Shown in pieces: positions 9,125-18,385 of a stretch of DNA of 56,923 bases; position 1 is the first letter of the stretch; the number at the start of each line of letters is the position of its first letter. Both the position numbers and the translations under genes were made by a program. The DNA lies in assembly GCA_031409655.1 (NCBI GenBank), contig JANNXQ010000214.1, positions 1 to 56,923 of the forward strand, in the 5' to 3' direction. Source of the DNA: Chthoniobacteraceae bacterium (lineage in GTDB: Bacteria; Verrucomicrobiota; Verrucomicrobiia; Chthoniobacterales; Chthoniobacteraceae). The notes beneath the pieces are model-generated. The model was given only the letters and a program-made list of their open reading frames with translations. It ran no database searches and had not been told where the DNA came from.

Positions 9125-11431
9125 ATGCGCTTCCCGGAATTACGGCCGCGTCTTCCTTTCGCCGGGTTGGCGATGGCTGCGGTCGCGGGCATCGTGCTTG
9201 CGGATCGGTGGACGCTTCCTTCCCACTGGCTGCTGACGGCCAGCGGTCTGCTCGGCGCGTGGCTTTTGGTGAGGCCGCAGACTGTCGTCTGCTGGTTGCT
9301 GACGGGCGTGGCCTTCTTTGCGCTGCATACGCTGCGCTTTCACGGTGGGGCGGCACGCGCGCTGGCCGCGGAGTTTGAGGTCGGGCCGCGCGTGGTTCGC
9401 GCTTCGGGCATCGTCTGGTCGGAGCCCGAGGAGCCAGTCGCCGGGAGTCTCCCCATGGTCACGCGCTTCCGGCTGAAGCTTGAGGCCCTCGAGCCAGCGA
9501 CCGCGCACGCGGTGAAGGATGTGCTGATCAGTGTCGAATGGCCCGGGCCACCGCCGGCCTACGGCGACCGGGTTGCGCTCACCGGCAGTGCGACCAATCT
9601 CGCGCCGGTGCGGAATCCCGGACAATTCGACTTCACGCGCTATCAGCAGCGGAGCGGTGTGTATTCAAGAGTGCGCGCGCGTTTCGCCACCGACTGCCGG
9701 ATCGAATCGCACGGGCACGGGAACGTCGCGCAGGCCTTTGCGCAGCGGGCGCGGGGCTGGATGCAGCGGCAGCTCCGACTGGATTTGGCGGGTTCGCCGG
9801 AGATCGCCACTTTGATCGAGAGCATGGTGCTCGGGATGCGTGGCGAGACTCCGGACGAAGTGCGGGCGCTCTTCCAGCGGACGGGCACGCTGCACCTTTT
9901 TGCGGTGAGCGGCTTGAACATCGCGATGCTCGCGGCCATGGGGCTTTTCCTCTTGAAGCCGCTGGGCATCCGGCGCGGGCCGGCGGTCTTCATCGTGCTC
10001 CCGGTGCTCGCCGCGTATGCGCTCGTCACCGGTCTGAGTGCGAGCTGTGTGCGCGCGGCGATCATGGGCGCGGTCTTGCTCGCCGCGCAGCTCTTCGATC
10101 GGCGCGCACTCGCCAGCAACAGCCTCGCCGCGGCCGCATTCGCGATCCTCGCGTGGGACACGAATCAGCTCTTCGTGCCGGGCTTCCAGTTTTCCTTCGT
10201 GCTGGTGCTGGTCATCGTCCTTTCCGCAGGGCCCATCCAGCGCTGGTGCGAGCGGCGCGCCCGGCCGGATCCGTTTCTCCCCAGGGCGCTCTGGAGTCTG
10301 CCGATCCGCGGCGGGACGTGGTGCTGGCGGCATTTCTCCGCGGCCATCGGCGTGACGGTTTCGGCTTGGCTCGGCTCGCTCGTTTTCGTTGCGGGCTACT
10401 TTCACCTCTTCTCGCTGTCCTCCATCGTGGCGAATTTGCTCGCGGTGCCGATTGCCTTCGTCGTGCTGGCGCTGGGGTTGGGCGCAGTGCTCTGCGGCGG
10501 CGTCTGGAGTCACGGGGCAATGCTCTGCAACAACGCCAACTGGCTCGCCGCAAAATCGCTGCTCGGCGTCGTGCGGATCTTCTCCGAAATCCCCGGCGGC
10601 CACGTGTACGTCGAGCTGCCGGGTGGTGCCGTGCGCCCGGCTTGCGAATTCACCGTCCTCGATTGCCGCAGCGGCGCTGCCATCCATCTCCGCACGGCGG
10701 GCCGCGACTGGCTGCTGGATTGCGGGAATGCGGCCACGGCGCGCAGCATCGTGCTGCCGTATCTGCGTTCGCGCGGCGTCAATCGCCTCTCTGGTCTCCT
10801 GCTCACGCACGGCGACGCGCAGCATCTCGGCGGAGCCCCGCTGATCCTCGATGAACTGAGCCCGCGCACGCTGGTCGATTCACCCGTGCGCGACCTTTCC
10901 CCGATGCGGCGGAGTCTCCATGCGCAGCTCCGCGAAGGTGGCTTCGGCAAGAGCATTGCCTGGCGTGGTGACCGCCTGCACCTCGGCGTCGGCGCCACGC
11001 TGCGGGTGCTCTATCCGCCTCGTGGCTTGGTCCGCTCCTCTGCCGACGACAAGGCGCTCGTGGTACGCCTCGAGAGCGGTGGGAGCCGGGCGCTTTTCAT
11101 GTCTGACAGCGGCTTCTCCACCGAGCAGTGGCTGCTGGAAAATGAACCCGACCTGCGCAGCGAGGTGCTGGTGAAAGGCTGGCACGCGAACGATCTTTCG
11201 GGCACGGCGGACTTCCTCGCGCGGGTTCAGCCACAGGTGGTGGTGTGTTCCGCGCCGGCTTTTGGCGCCACCGACGAAGCGCTCGACCAGTGGAGTCGCG
11301 AAGCGGCCGCGCGCGGCCTGACCGTCTTCCGCCAGGACCACTGCGGCGCCGTGCGCAGCGCGTGGCGCAACGGACTACTCGAAGTCCGCGCGACCGCCAA
11401 CGGTCAGACCTTCAGCAGCCGCGCTCGGTAG
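9125..11431 (+). CDS. comEC: ComEC/Rec2 competence protein (OB, membrane competence and metallo-beta-lactamase-fold domains)
   Basis: RNPGQFDF, GTLHLFAVSGLN, SCVRAAIM, GFQFSF, ANLLAVP; C-terminal MBL fold. Confidence 0.9.
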   Translation: MRFPELRPRLPFAGLAMAAVAGIVLADRWTLPSHWLLTASGLLGAWLLVRPQTVVCWLLTGVAFFALHTLRFHGGAARALAAEFEVGPRVVRASGIVWSEPEEPVAGSLPMVTRFRLKLEALEPATAHAVKDVLISVEWPGPPPAYGDRVALTGSATNLAPVRNPGQFDFTRYQQRSGVYSRVRARFATDCRIESHGHGNVAQAFAQRARGWMQRQLRLDLAGSPEIATLIESMVLGMRGETPDEVRALFQRTGTLHLFAVSGLNIAMLAAMGLFLLKPLGIRRGPAVFIVLPVLAAYALVTGLSASCVRAAIMGAVLLAAQLFDRRALASNSLAAAAFAILAWDTNQLFVPGFQFSFVLVLVIVLSAGPIQRWCERRARPDPFLPRALWSLPIRGGTWCWRHFSAAIGVTVSAWLGSLVFVAGYFHLFSLSSIVANLLAVPIAFVVLALGLGAVLCGGVWSHGAMLCNNANWLAAKSLLGVVRIFSEIPGGHVYVELPGGAVRPACEFTVLDCRSGAAIHLRTAGRDWLLDCGNAATARSIVLPYLRSRGVNRLSGLLLTHGDAQHLGGAPLILDELSPRTLVDSPVRDLSPMRRSLHAQLREGGFGKSIAWRGDRLHLGVGATLRVLYPPRGLVRSSADDKALVVRLESGGSRALFMSDSGFSTEQWLLENEPDLRSEVLVKGWHANDLSGTADFLARVQPQVVVCSAPAFGATDEALDQWSREAAARGLTVFRQDHCGAVRSAWRNGLLEVRATANGQTFSSRAR

Positions 11432-12036
11432 ATCGGGAGTCCTTGGGAAAGGAAGCGCTTCTCGAAATTAGTGAGCGGGTAGTCGGGCTCTTCGATCCAC
11501 TCGCTGCGCGCGTAGCCCGTGACGGCGGCGAAGGCATTTTCCATCCAGCGGAAATAGGGTTCGTCGTCCGTCTTCACGCGCAGCTCGCCGCCCGGAGCGA
11601 GCACGGCGTGGAGCTCGCGCAGGAAGCTCGCTTGGATGAGCCGGCGGGGGTGGTGATAGCGCTTCGGCCACGGGTCGGGAAAGCTGACGTGGGCGATGGA
11701 GACGGACGCGAGCGGCAGCAGATTCTTGATCGCGTAATAGCTCTCGATGCGCATCACCCGGGCATTCGCGAAATCGTGCTCCGCGATGCTGCGGCACACT
11801 TTGCGCACCCGGCCGAGCAGGCGCTCCATGCCGAGGTAGTTTCGCTCCGGATGCCGCGCCGCCATGGCTTCCAGAAAGGCGCCTTCGCCGCTGCCGATAT
11901 CGAGATCGAGCGGCCCTGGGCGGGCAAAAATATCCTCGATCTTGACCCGGCCTGAATAGTCGGCGGGCGCGAATTCGGCGAGTTGGGCGCGCTCGGAAAG
12001 GGCGTCACCTGGGGTGCTGTGGAAGGCGGCTCTCAT
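11404..12036 (-). CDS. trmB: tRNA (guanine-N7)-methyltransferase
   Basis: LDIGSGEG, FPDPWPK, KTDD and TNFEKR motifs; start approximate. Confidence 0.92.
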   Translation of the reverse strand: MRAAFHSTPGDALSERAQLAEFAPADYSGRVKIEDIFARPGPLDLDIGSGEGAFLEAMAARHPERNYLGMERLLGRVRKVCRSIAEHDFANARVMRIESYYAIKNLLPLASVSIAHVSFPDPWPKRYHHPRRLIQASFLRELHAVLAPGGELRVKTDDEPYFRWMENAFAAVTGYARSEWIEEPDYPLTNFEKRFLSQGLPIYRARLLKV

Positions 12037-12123
12037 GCGGGAAGGGTGTTGTATGCTAGCTGCTCGATGCCGGATGGACAGGCAGTTTCTGGACGGCAGC
12101 ATCCAGCATCCCGCCGCACCCCA

Positions 12124-13011
12124 TCACCACGCGTAATGATCGAGTCCGTAGATGAGCGCGCTACCGAGGAAGCCGGTGAGGCCGACGAGGGTTGCACCGA
12201 GGAGCAGCGCGCCGCGGAATCTCCGGCGAGCGGGCGAACCCTCGGGGCAGGCTTCGATGACGACGAGCACGGCGCAGACGGCCGCCCAGAGCGCGGTGCC
12301 AGTGCCCAGCCAGCGATGCCACCAGAGCAGCGCCCCGACCTCTTTCGGGTAGCTGCTAAAGTAGGCATTTACCCAACCCAGGGTCGCGGCGCCGAGGCCG
12401 CCGAGCGCGGCCACGATGACGAGGAAGCGCACGGTGTGCAGCCAGCCGTCCCGGCGCGTCATCCAGGCCAGACTCTCCGCGAGCACCGCGGCGAACATGA
12501 GACCCACGGGGAGATGCGTGGAGACTGGGTGGAGCTTGCCCACCCAGCGCAGCGCGCGCTTCCAGACCGGCTCTTCTTTCCGCATGGGGAGCGTCGCGGC
12601 CGGAGCCGGCAGATCCGCGGCGGTCGCGGCGGGAAGGTCGCCGGGAGCGCCCAGTTCCACCCAGCGCCGCACCGTCTCCTTTTCCTCCGGCGTGAGCGCG
12701 GGGACATTAGCGTCTTCCCCGGGCATCTCGTCGCTGAAGACCATCGTGTAGAGTTCGGATTTCTCGGGGTCTCCGGGGATTACGTAGTCGGGGTTTGCAG
12801 CCATCCGCGGCAGATCGAGTACGTAGCCAAATTTTCCCTTCGGCCGAGGCAGCTCGGGGCCGTGGCAGTCCAGGCATTTCGCCTCGAAAATATCGCGCAC
12901 CCCCTGGGCCACGCGGAGTGCTTCATCCGGCGCGGCCGGCGGGACCGCGGCGCGGGCGCCCGCCGCGAGAGCCAGCAGGAGGAGGAGTGCGCGGCGGAGT
13001 GGAAGCTTCAT
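12124..13011 (-). CDS. Planctomycete-type cytochrome c fused to DUF2231-like membrane domain
   Basis: Signal peptide, CLDCH heme motif, VIPGDPEKSEL and MP motifs; C-terminal TM region with HP..THLP and HRWLG. Confidence 0.8.
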   Translation of the reverse strand: MKLPLRRALLLLLALAAGARAAVPPAAPDEALRVAQGVRDIFEAKCLDCHGPELPRPKGKFGYVLDLPRMAANPDYVIPGDPEKSELYTMVFSDEMPGEDANVPALTPEEKETVRRWVELGAPGDLPAATAADLPAPAATLPMRKEEPVWKRALRWVGKLHPVSTHLPVGLMFAAVLAESLAWMTRRDGWLHTVRFLVIVAALGGLGAATLGWVNAYFSSYPKEVGALLWWHRWLGTGTALWAAVCAVLVVIEACPEGSPARRRFRGALLLGATLVGLTGFLGSALIYGLDHYAW

Positions 13012-13167
13012 CAACGATCGGTTCGGGGGTGACTGCGGAGTGGACGCATTTCTTAGGACTCAAGCGGGGCGACTGCAACTGTAGGGCTCTCCCTGTTACG
13101 GACCTTACTCCCTCCGCCGCGGCGGTCTGTCGCATCTTTGGGTGAGCACCGAGGCCCAGCGCGTTTC

Positions 13168-13641
13168 CTACTGCTCGGTGAGCCGGATCTCGAGCACGTA
13201 GGCCGTGTCCGTATTCGTGTCGGCGGCGTCAGCCCGGAGCATGGCGAAAGTGAGGCAGAGCCCCGTCGCATTGCCCGGGATGGTGAAGGCGCCGCTTTCG
13301 AGGAGCTTGTAGGCATCCGCCGCGGCGGGAGCCGTCGTCGTGATGTAATCCCCGGGCCACGCCGTGCCGTCACCGTCGCCGCCATTCAGCCCGACGGTCG
13401 AGAGGCCGTCGAGCGGGGTATTGCGATAGCTGATGGCGGCCTGCCAGCGGAAGTCCCCCCCGGAGATTCCATCCGCCGCGACGACGCAGGCGATTTTCAC
13501 GTTCCGTCCCGCCCAGCGCGAGGGATTCAAAAAAACCTGCAACCCGGGGCTGGAGGCGCCGTCGGCGCACTGGAGATGTTTGATGAGCTTGTAGGTCGGA
13601 GTCGTTTTCGGAGCGCCATTGGAAGAGACAGGCGAGCGCAT
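13168..13641 (-). CDS. Hypothetical protein, probable truncated phage virion/tail-type beta-sandwich domain
   Basis: Protein-like from about PTYKLIKH to the stop, with ESGAFTIPG and RADAADTNTDTAYVLEIRL. N-terminus looks non-coding and the start is uncertain. Confidence 0.45.
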   Translation of the reverse strand: MRSPVSSNGAPKTTPTYKLIKHLQCADGASSPGLQVFLNPSRWAGRNVKIACVVAADGISGGDFRWQAAISYRNTPLDGLSTVGLNGGDGDGTAWPGDYITTTAPAAADAYKLLESGAFTIPGNATGLCLTFAMLRADAADTNTDTAYVLEIRLTEQ

Positions 13642-13899
13642 GGAGGGTCGGCTGGAACGGCCAAACGATAAGAGCCGCGATCGAGTGGGAGCGAAAGACG
13701 AAAGCATCAGGGTTTTCCGGTATGCCGTCTTCCGAGCACGCCCGCGCCGCAGGCCCTGTCGTCGTCGCGAGCAGCCTGGCGTTTCAAGCTTCGAGGAACA
13801 CTCCCGCAAGGGGGTGCGATGGCCCGTCGCATCTTTTCTTCCGAAACGCGCAGAGTTTCCTTCCGCACTGCGCGGCGGGGGCTGTAGCTTCGCCGACCT

Positions 13900-14937
13900 A
13901 TGGCCACGAAAACTGAAACCGCCCCCGAAGAGACCAAGCTTGCCGCCGCGCAACGCAAGAATCTCGACCTCGCCATCCAGCAGATCGCCAAGGATTTCGG
14001 CGACGGCGCGATCATGCGGCTCGGGGAGTCCACGCATATGGACGTGGAGGTTATCCCGACGGGGAATATCCTCATCGACCGCGCGCTCGGCGTGGGCGGT
14101 TTTCCGCGCGGGCGCATCGTCGAGGTCTTCGGGCCGGAGTCGTCGGGCAAAACGACGCTCACCCTCACCCTCATCGCCAAGGCGCAGAAGCTCGGCGGGC
14201 TCGCGGCCTTCATCGACGTGGAGCATGCGCTCGATCCGCAGTATGCGAAGAAGCTCGGGGTGAATCTCGACGATCTTCTCGTCTCGCAGCCCAGCTCCGG
14301 CGAGGAAGCCCTGCGCATCGTCGAGACGCTGGTCCGCTCCAACGCCCTCGACGTCATCGTCCTCGATTCCGTGGCCGCGCTCGTGACCAAGCAGGAACTC
14401 GAAGGCGAGATCGGCGATTCCACCGTGGGCGCGCAGGCCCGGCTGATGAGCGCCGCGATGCGCAAGCTCACCGCGCTCATCGCCAAGGCGCGCACCATCG
14501 TCGTCTTCACGAATCAGATCCGTGAAAAGATCGGCGTGATGTTTGGCAATCCCGAGACGACGCCCGGCGGCAAGGCGCTGAAATTTTACTCCAGCGTGCG
14601 GGTCGATATCCGCCGCATCGGCGCGATCAAACAGGCCGACGGCACCGTGACCGGCAATCGCACCAAGGTGAAGATCGTGAAGAACAAGGTCGCGCCGCCG
14701 TTCCGCGAAGCGGAGTTCGACATCATGTACAACGAGGGCATCTCCTCGACCGGCGCGCTGCTCGATCTCGCCCTCGAAAAAGGCATCGTGGAAAAGCGCG
14801 GCTCCTGGCTCAGCTACAATGGCAGCCAGCTCGCCCAGGGGCGCGACGCCGCGAAGGAAATCCTCAAGAACGACGAGGCGATCTACGCCAGCATCGAGAC
14901 TGCGGTGAAGGCCAAGCTGGACGAAGAACCCAAGTAG
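13900..14937 (+). CDS. recA: Recombinase RecA
   Basis: [49 protein letters not shown]. Confidence 0.99.
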   Translation: MATKTETAPEETKLAAAQRKNLDLAIQQIAKDFGDGAIMRLGESTHMDVEVIPTGNILIDRALGVGGFPRGRIVEVFGPESSGKTTLTLTLIAKAQKLGGLAAFIDVEHALDPQYAKKLGVNLDDLLVSQPSSGEEALRIVETLVRSNALDVIVLDSVAALVTKQELEGEIGDSTVGAQARLMSAAMRKLTALIAKARTIVVFTNQIREKIGVMFGNPETTPGGKALKFYSSVRVDIRRIGAIKQADGTVTGNRTKVKIVKNKVAPPFREAEFDIMYNEGISSTGALLDLALEKGIVEKRGSWLSYNGSQLAQGRDAAKEILKNDEAIYASIETAVKAKLDEEPK

Positions 14938-15091
14938 AAAATCCGAAACTCGAAATCCGAAATCCGAAACAAATTCCAAGGGCTGGAATTTCGGAAACGG
15001 ATTGGGGCCGGCCAGCTGCCGTCCATTTTCCCTCCTTCACGAAATTGATTTCCGTTTGTTGCGGATTTCGGATTTCGAGTTTCGGATTTTC
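14937..15091. repeat. Heptamer-periodic inverted repeat element A (unit AAATCCG)
   Basis: GAAAATCCGAAACTCGAAATCCGAAATCCG (14937-14966) is the exact reverse complement of 15062-15091. Confidence 0.92.
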
Positions 15092-15093
15092 CC

Positions 15094-15459
15094 TCACACG
15101 ACTGCGTTTTCGGTGAGTTCGTCGAGGGTCACAAATTCCAGCGTCGAGATGTGCGTGCCCGCGAGCACCACCGGCGGGGCCACGCCGGCGTCCAGAGCCT
15201 GCTTCCAACGCGTGACGCACAGGCACCAGCGGTCACCCGGCTCCAATCCCGGAAAGCCATAGGCGGGCACGGGCGTGGAGAGATCGTTGCCGGCGATCTG
15301 GGAAAATTCGAGGAACTCGGCGGTCACCTCCGTGCAGACCAGATGGAGCCCCACGTCGCCAGGGCCGGTATTGCAGCAGCCGTCGCGCAGCCAGCCAGTG
15401 AGCGGTTCAAAGCTGCACGGTTCGAGGTCTTCGCCGAGAACGTTTTTTGCGGTGGACAT
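15094..15459 (-). CDS. DUF2237 family protein
   Basis: NVLG..LEPCS..PLTG..RDGCC, GNDLSTP, FPGL.PGDRWCLC motifs. Confidence 0.88.
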   Translation of the reverse strand: MSTAKNVLGEDLEPCSFEPLTGWLRDGCCNTGPGDVGLHLVCTEVTAEFLEFSQIAGNDLSTPVPAYGFPGLEPGDRWCLCVTRWKQALDAGVAPPVVLAGTHISTLEFVTLDELTENAVV

Positions 15460-15552
15460 GGTCGTGGTGCGAAGCTGCCACAGCCGTCCGCCAACGCCAA
15501 GCCCGACGAACAATGTGCAACCTTCACCAGCCGCCGTAGTTCCCCATTCACT

Positions 15553-16473
15553 ATGTTCTTCCGCTGCCTCCTCCCGCTCTTTTTTGCCACCACCCTCCTC
15601 GCCCAGCGCCCTGCTTCCGAGGCCATCGAAGCGATGCGCGACCTTCCCTACGCTGGCACCGAGAATCCCCGCCAGAAGCTCGACCTTTACCTCCCGAAGA
15701 AACGCGCGGACGAAAAACCGCTGCCCGTCATCGTCTTCATCCACGGGGGTGGCTGGCAAAAGGGCGATAAATCCGGCGGCGCGCGCTACGTCGCCCCTTT
15801 CGTGGCGAGCGGGCGCTATGCGGGCATCTCCGTAGGCTACCGGTTGAGCGGCGAAGCGCGGTGGCCCGCGCAGATCCACGATTGCAAGGCGGCCATCCGC
15901 TGGATCCGCGCGCAGGCTGGCCCCTACGGCCTCGACCCGGAGCGCATTGGCGTCTGGGGCGCATCCGCCGGCGGGCATCTCGTCTCGCTGCTCGGGACCA
16001 GTGGCGGGGTCGCCGAGTTGGAAGGCGACCTCGGGCCGCACACCGCGCAGAGCAGTGGCGTCCGCTGCGTCGTGAATTTTTTCGGCCCTGAGGATTTCTT
16101 CACCTTGATCCCGCAGCCTGGCTGGGGCCAGCCCGTCGGGGCCGTGGGCGCGCTCTTCGGCGGCTCGCTCAATGACAACGCCGCCCTTGCCCGGGCAGCC
16201 TCACCCGTGACCCACGCCAGCGCCGACGACCCCGCGTTCTTCACCGCCCACGGCACCAAAGATCCGCTCGTCCCCTATGCCCAGGCGATCCAGATCGACG
16301 CTGCGCTGAAGAAAGTCGGCGTCCCTTCTCTGGTGATGGAAATGACCGGCGGCGGCCACGGCTTTCGGAGTCCGGAACTCGACCGGCGCATCACCCAGTT
16401 TTTCGACCTCCGGCTGCGCGGGGTGGAGAGTGAGATCGCCGTGACGCCGATCTCCGTCGCGGCCGGCGAGTAG
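15553..16473 (+). CDS. Exported alpha/beta hydrolase (esterase/lipase)
   Basis: Signal peptide, HGGGW, GASAGG nucleophile elbow, HGTKDPLVP, GGHG. Confidence 0.9.
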   Translation: MFFRCLLPLFFATTLLAQRPASEAIEAMRDLPYAGTENPRQKLDLYLPKKRADEKPLPVIVFIHGGGWQKGDKSGGARYVAPFVASGRYAGISVGYRLSGEARWPAQIHDCKAAIRWIRAQAGPYGLDPERIGVWGASAGGHLVSLLGTSGGVAELEGDLGPHTAQSSGVRCVVNFFGPEDFFTLIPQPGWGQPVGAVGALFGGSLNDNAALARAASPVTHASADDPAFFTAHGTKDPLVPYAQAIQIDAALKKVGVPSLVMEMTGGGHGFRSPELDRRITQFFDLRLRGVESEIAVTPISVAAGE

Positions 16474-16479
16474 CGCGCC

Positions 16480-17649
16480 CTACTCCACCTTGCGCCCGCG
16501 GTAGCTCACCGCGAAGCCCACGAAGACCAGCGCCGCGCACCCGCACATGCCCCACCAGAAGCGCGGCCAATCCGTCGCCGTGCCGGACATGCAGGCGCTC
16601 CGCCACCAACCGGTGCCGAGGTAGCCGATGAGATTGCCAAAGCCGCCGAGCATCACGCTCAACAAGGCCTGAGCGCGCGCGCGCATCCGCGGATCCACCC
16701 TTTGCTCCAGATAGATCTGCGCGGTGATGAAAAAGAGCGTGTAGGAAAAGCCGTGCAGGGAAATGCCCGCCAGCAGCCAGCCGCGCGTCTCCAGCGCACA
16801 CATCGCGTAGCGCACCACGGCAAAGGCGATGCCGGAGAGAAAGATCCATTTCAAACGCACCCGGGTGAAGAGCCACGCCAGCCCGAGCATGGAGACGATC
16901 TCGGAGACCTGCCCGAGGGTCATCGCCGCAGTCGCGTGTTGCACGCCCACCTCGGTGAGGTGGATCGGCGTGAACGGATAGAACGCCGCCAACGACATAT
17001 TGTAGATCGCGGCCGAGATGAAGACCACGCGGTGATCCTTGTGGGTAAAGAGGGTGAGCGCCGCGAGACCGAAGTGGTCGCGCGGTTCCTTGTGCTCCAG
17101 GGGGGCAGTCTCCGGGAGGGCGTAGGTGCAGGCCGCGGTGATCAGCCACGTCGCGGCGGCGGCATAGCCCGAGGTCGTCGAGGTATCCGCCTGGAGGATG
17201 AAGCTGACCACCCAGCCCGCGGCCATCCAGCCCACGGTGGCCATGGAGCGCAGCGGCCCGTACTCGCGCTGCGGATCGCGCAGCGAAGCCATGACGATGC
17301 TCGTCGAGAGCCCGAAGATCGGTGCCCCACAGATCGCCTGCACTTGCACACACGCCAGCACCGCCCATGGGCTCCACCCTTTATCGATCGCAAAAAAGGT
17401 CAGTGAAAGCGTCGCCGCAGACGCCACCGCCAGCCAGCGCACGAGTCGCACGGGCGACACCCGTTGATCTGCCAGCGCGCCGACGGCAAGCGGGGAAATG
17501 AACGCCGCCACGCCACTGCACGCGTAAGCCGCACCGATGATCGCCTCCAGCCCGTGCGCGCGGAGCACATTGCCAAAGCTCACACTCCACATCCCCATCG
17601 CCGCCGCGTTGATGAAAAACAACACGGCGAGTTTCAGGCGGGACGTCAT
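16480..17649 (-). CDS. MFS transporter, nucleoside:H+ symporter-like
   Basis: Many TM segments; GALADQ, YGPLRSMATVGW, MTLGQVSE, RARAQAL. Confidence 0.82.
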   Translation of the reverse strand: MTSRLKLAVLFFINAAAMGMWSVSFGNVLRAHGLEAIIGAAYACSGVAAFISPLAVGALADQRVSPVRLVRWLAVASAATLSLTFFAIDKGWSPWAVLACVQVQAICGAPIFGLSTSIVMASLRDPQREYGPLRSMATVGWMAAGWVVSFILQADTSTTSGYAAAATWLITAACTYALPETAPLEHKEPRDHFGLAALTLFTHKDHRVVFISAAIYNMSLAAFYPFTPIHLTEVGVQHATAAMTLGQVSEIVSMLGLAWLFTRVRLKWIFLSGIAFAVVRYAMCALETRGWLLAGISLHGFSYTLFFITAQIYLEQRVDPRMRARAQALLSVMLGGFGNLIGYLGTGWWRSACMSGTATDWPRFWWGMCGCAALVFVGFAVSYRGRKVE

Positions 17650-17684
17650 ACCGGGTTCACGGACATTTCCCGGAGGATGCCGCG

Positions 17685-18281
17685 CTAGCGCGCGTAAGAG
17701 GGTTCGCTGCCCGGCTTCCACTTGATACCGCAGCCAATGCTGGGCCGCTGCTCGGCGCTCACCGGCCGGCCCGCGAGGGTCGCCGCGATGGCCGCGCGCA
17801 GGTCCGCGCCATCGAGCGTGCCGGCGCCGGGACGATCCGGACCGCGTCCGGGCCGCGAGCCATCGATCTGCCCGCGATAGACTAGCCGACGCTGGGCATC
17901 GAAGAGGAAAAAGTCCGGCGTACACGCGGCGGAATAGGCCCGCGCCACGGCCTGCGCTTCGTCGAAGAGAATCGGGAACATCAGCCCCGCCTCGCGGGCC
18001 ATCGCCGCCGTCGGCGCGGGCGCATCTTGCGGATACTGCACCACGTCATTTGCCGTGATGCCGACCACGCCGAGCCCTTTTCCAGCGAAGTCCGCCGCGA
18101 TCCGCGCGACCTCCGGGCGGACATGGACGACATACGGACAGTGCGCGCAGAGGAAGATGACGAGCAGCGCGCGACTGTCCGCAAAAGCGTCGAGCGAAAC
18201 GGCGCTGCCAGTGGCGACATCCGGGAGCGAAAAATCCGGTGCGGTGGTGCCGAGGGCGAGCATGGTGGAAGAGATGGCCAT
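17685..18281 (-). CDS. Thioredoxin/AhpC-TSA family protein
   Basis: APDFSLPD, CAHCPYV, AACTPDFFLFD, YRGQID, SIGCGIKW. Confidence 0.9.
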   Translation of the reverse strand: MAISSTMLALGTTAPDFSLPDVATGSAVSLDAFADSRALLVIFLCAHCPYVVHVRPEVARIAADFAGKGLGVVGITANDVVQYPQDAPAPTAAMAREAGLMFPILFDEAQAVARAYSAACTPDFFLFDAQRRLVYRGQIDGSRPGRGPDRPGAGTLDGADLRAAIAATLAGRPVSAEQRPSIGCGIKWKPGSEPSYAR

Positions 18282-18305
18282 GCCGCGAATGTAGTCAGGT
18301 TGCTC

Positions 18306-18376
18306 GGAGATTGAGGATTGAAAATTGAAAATTGCGGTCGGTGCGCTCGGGGTGAAATTTTCAATCCTCAATCTCC
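18306..18376. repeat. Heptamer-periodic inverted repeat element B (unit ATTGAAA/ATTGAGG)
   Basis: GGAGATTGAGGATTGAAAATT (18306-18326) is the exact reverse complement of 18356-18376. Confidence 0.88.
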
Positions 18377-18385
18377 CTCTCCCGC

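Noticed and set aside
13787..13800. LexA box upstream of recA (AGCTT-CGAG-GAACA)
   Set aside because: Only the right half matches the TGTTC-N4-GAACA motif I recall for Verrucomicrobia; insufficient support.
13168..14979. 603-aa minus-strand ORF spanning recA
   Set aside because: It begins in heptamer repeat A (EFVSDFGFRVSDF) and runs antisense to recA; only the distal part looks like protein.
14937..15091. CRISPR array or IS-element interpretation of the repeats
   Set aside because: No repeat-spacer alternation, cas gene, transposase or clear target-site duplication.
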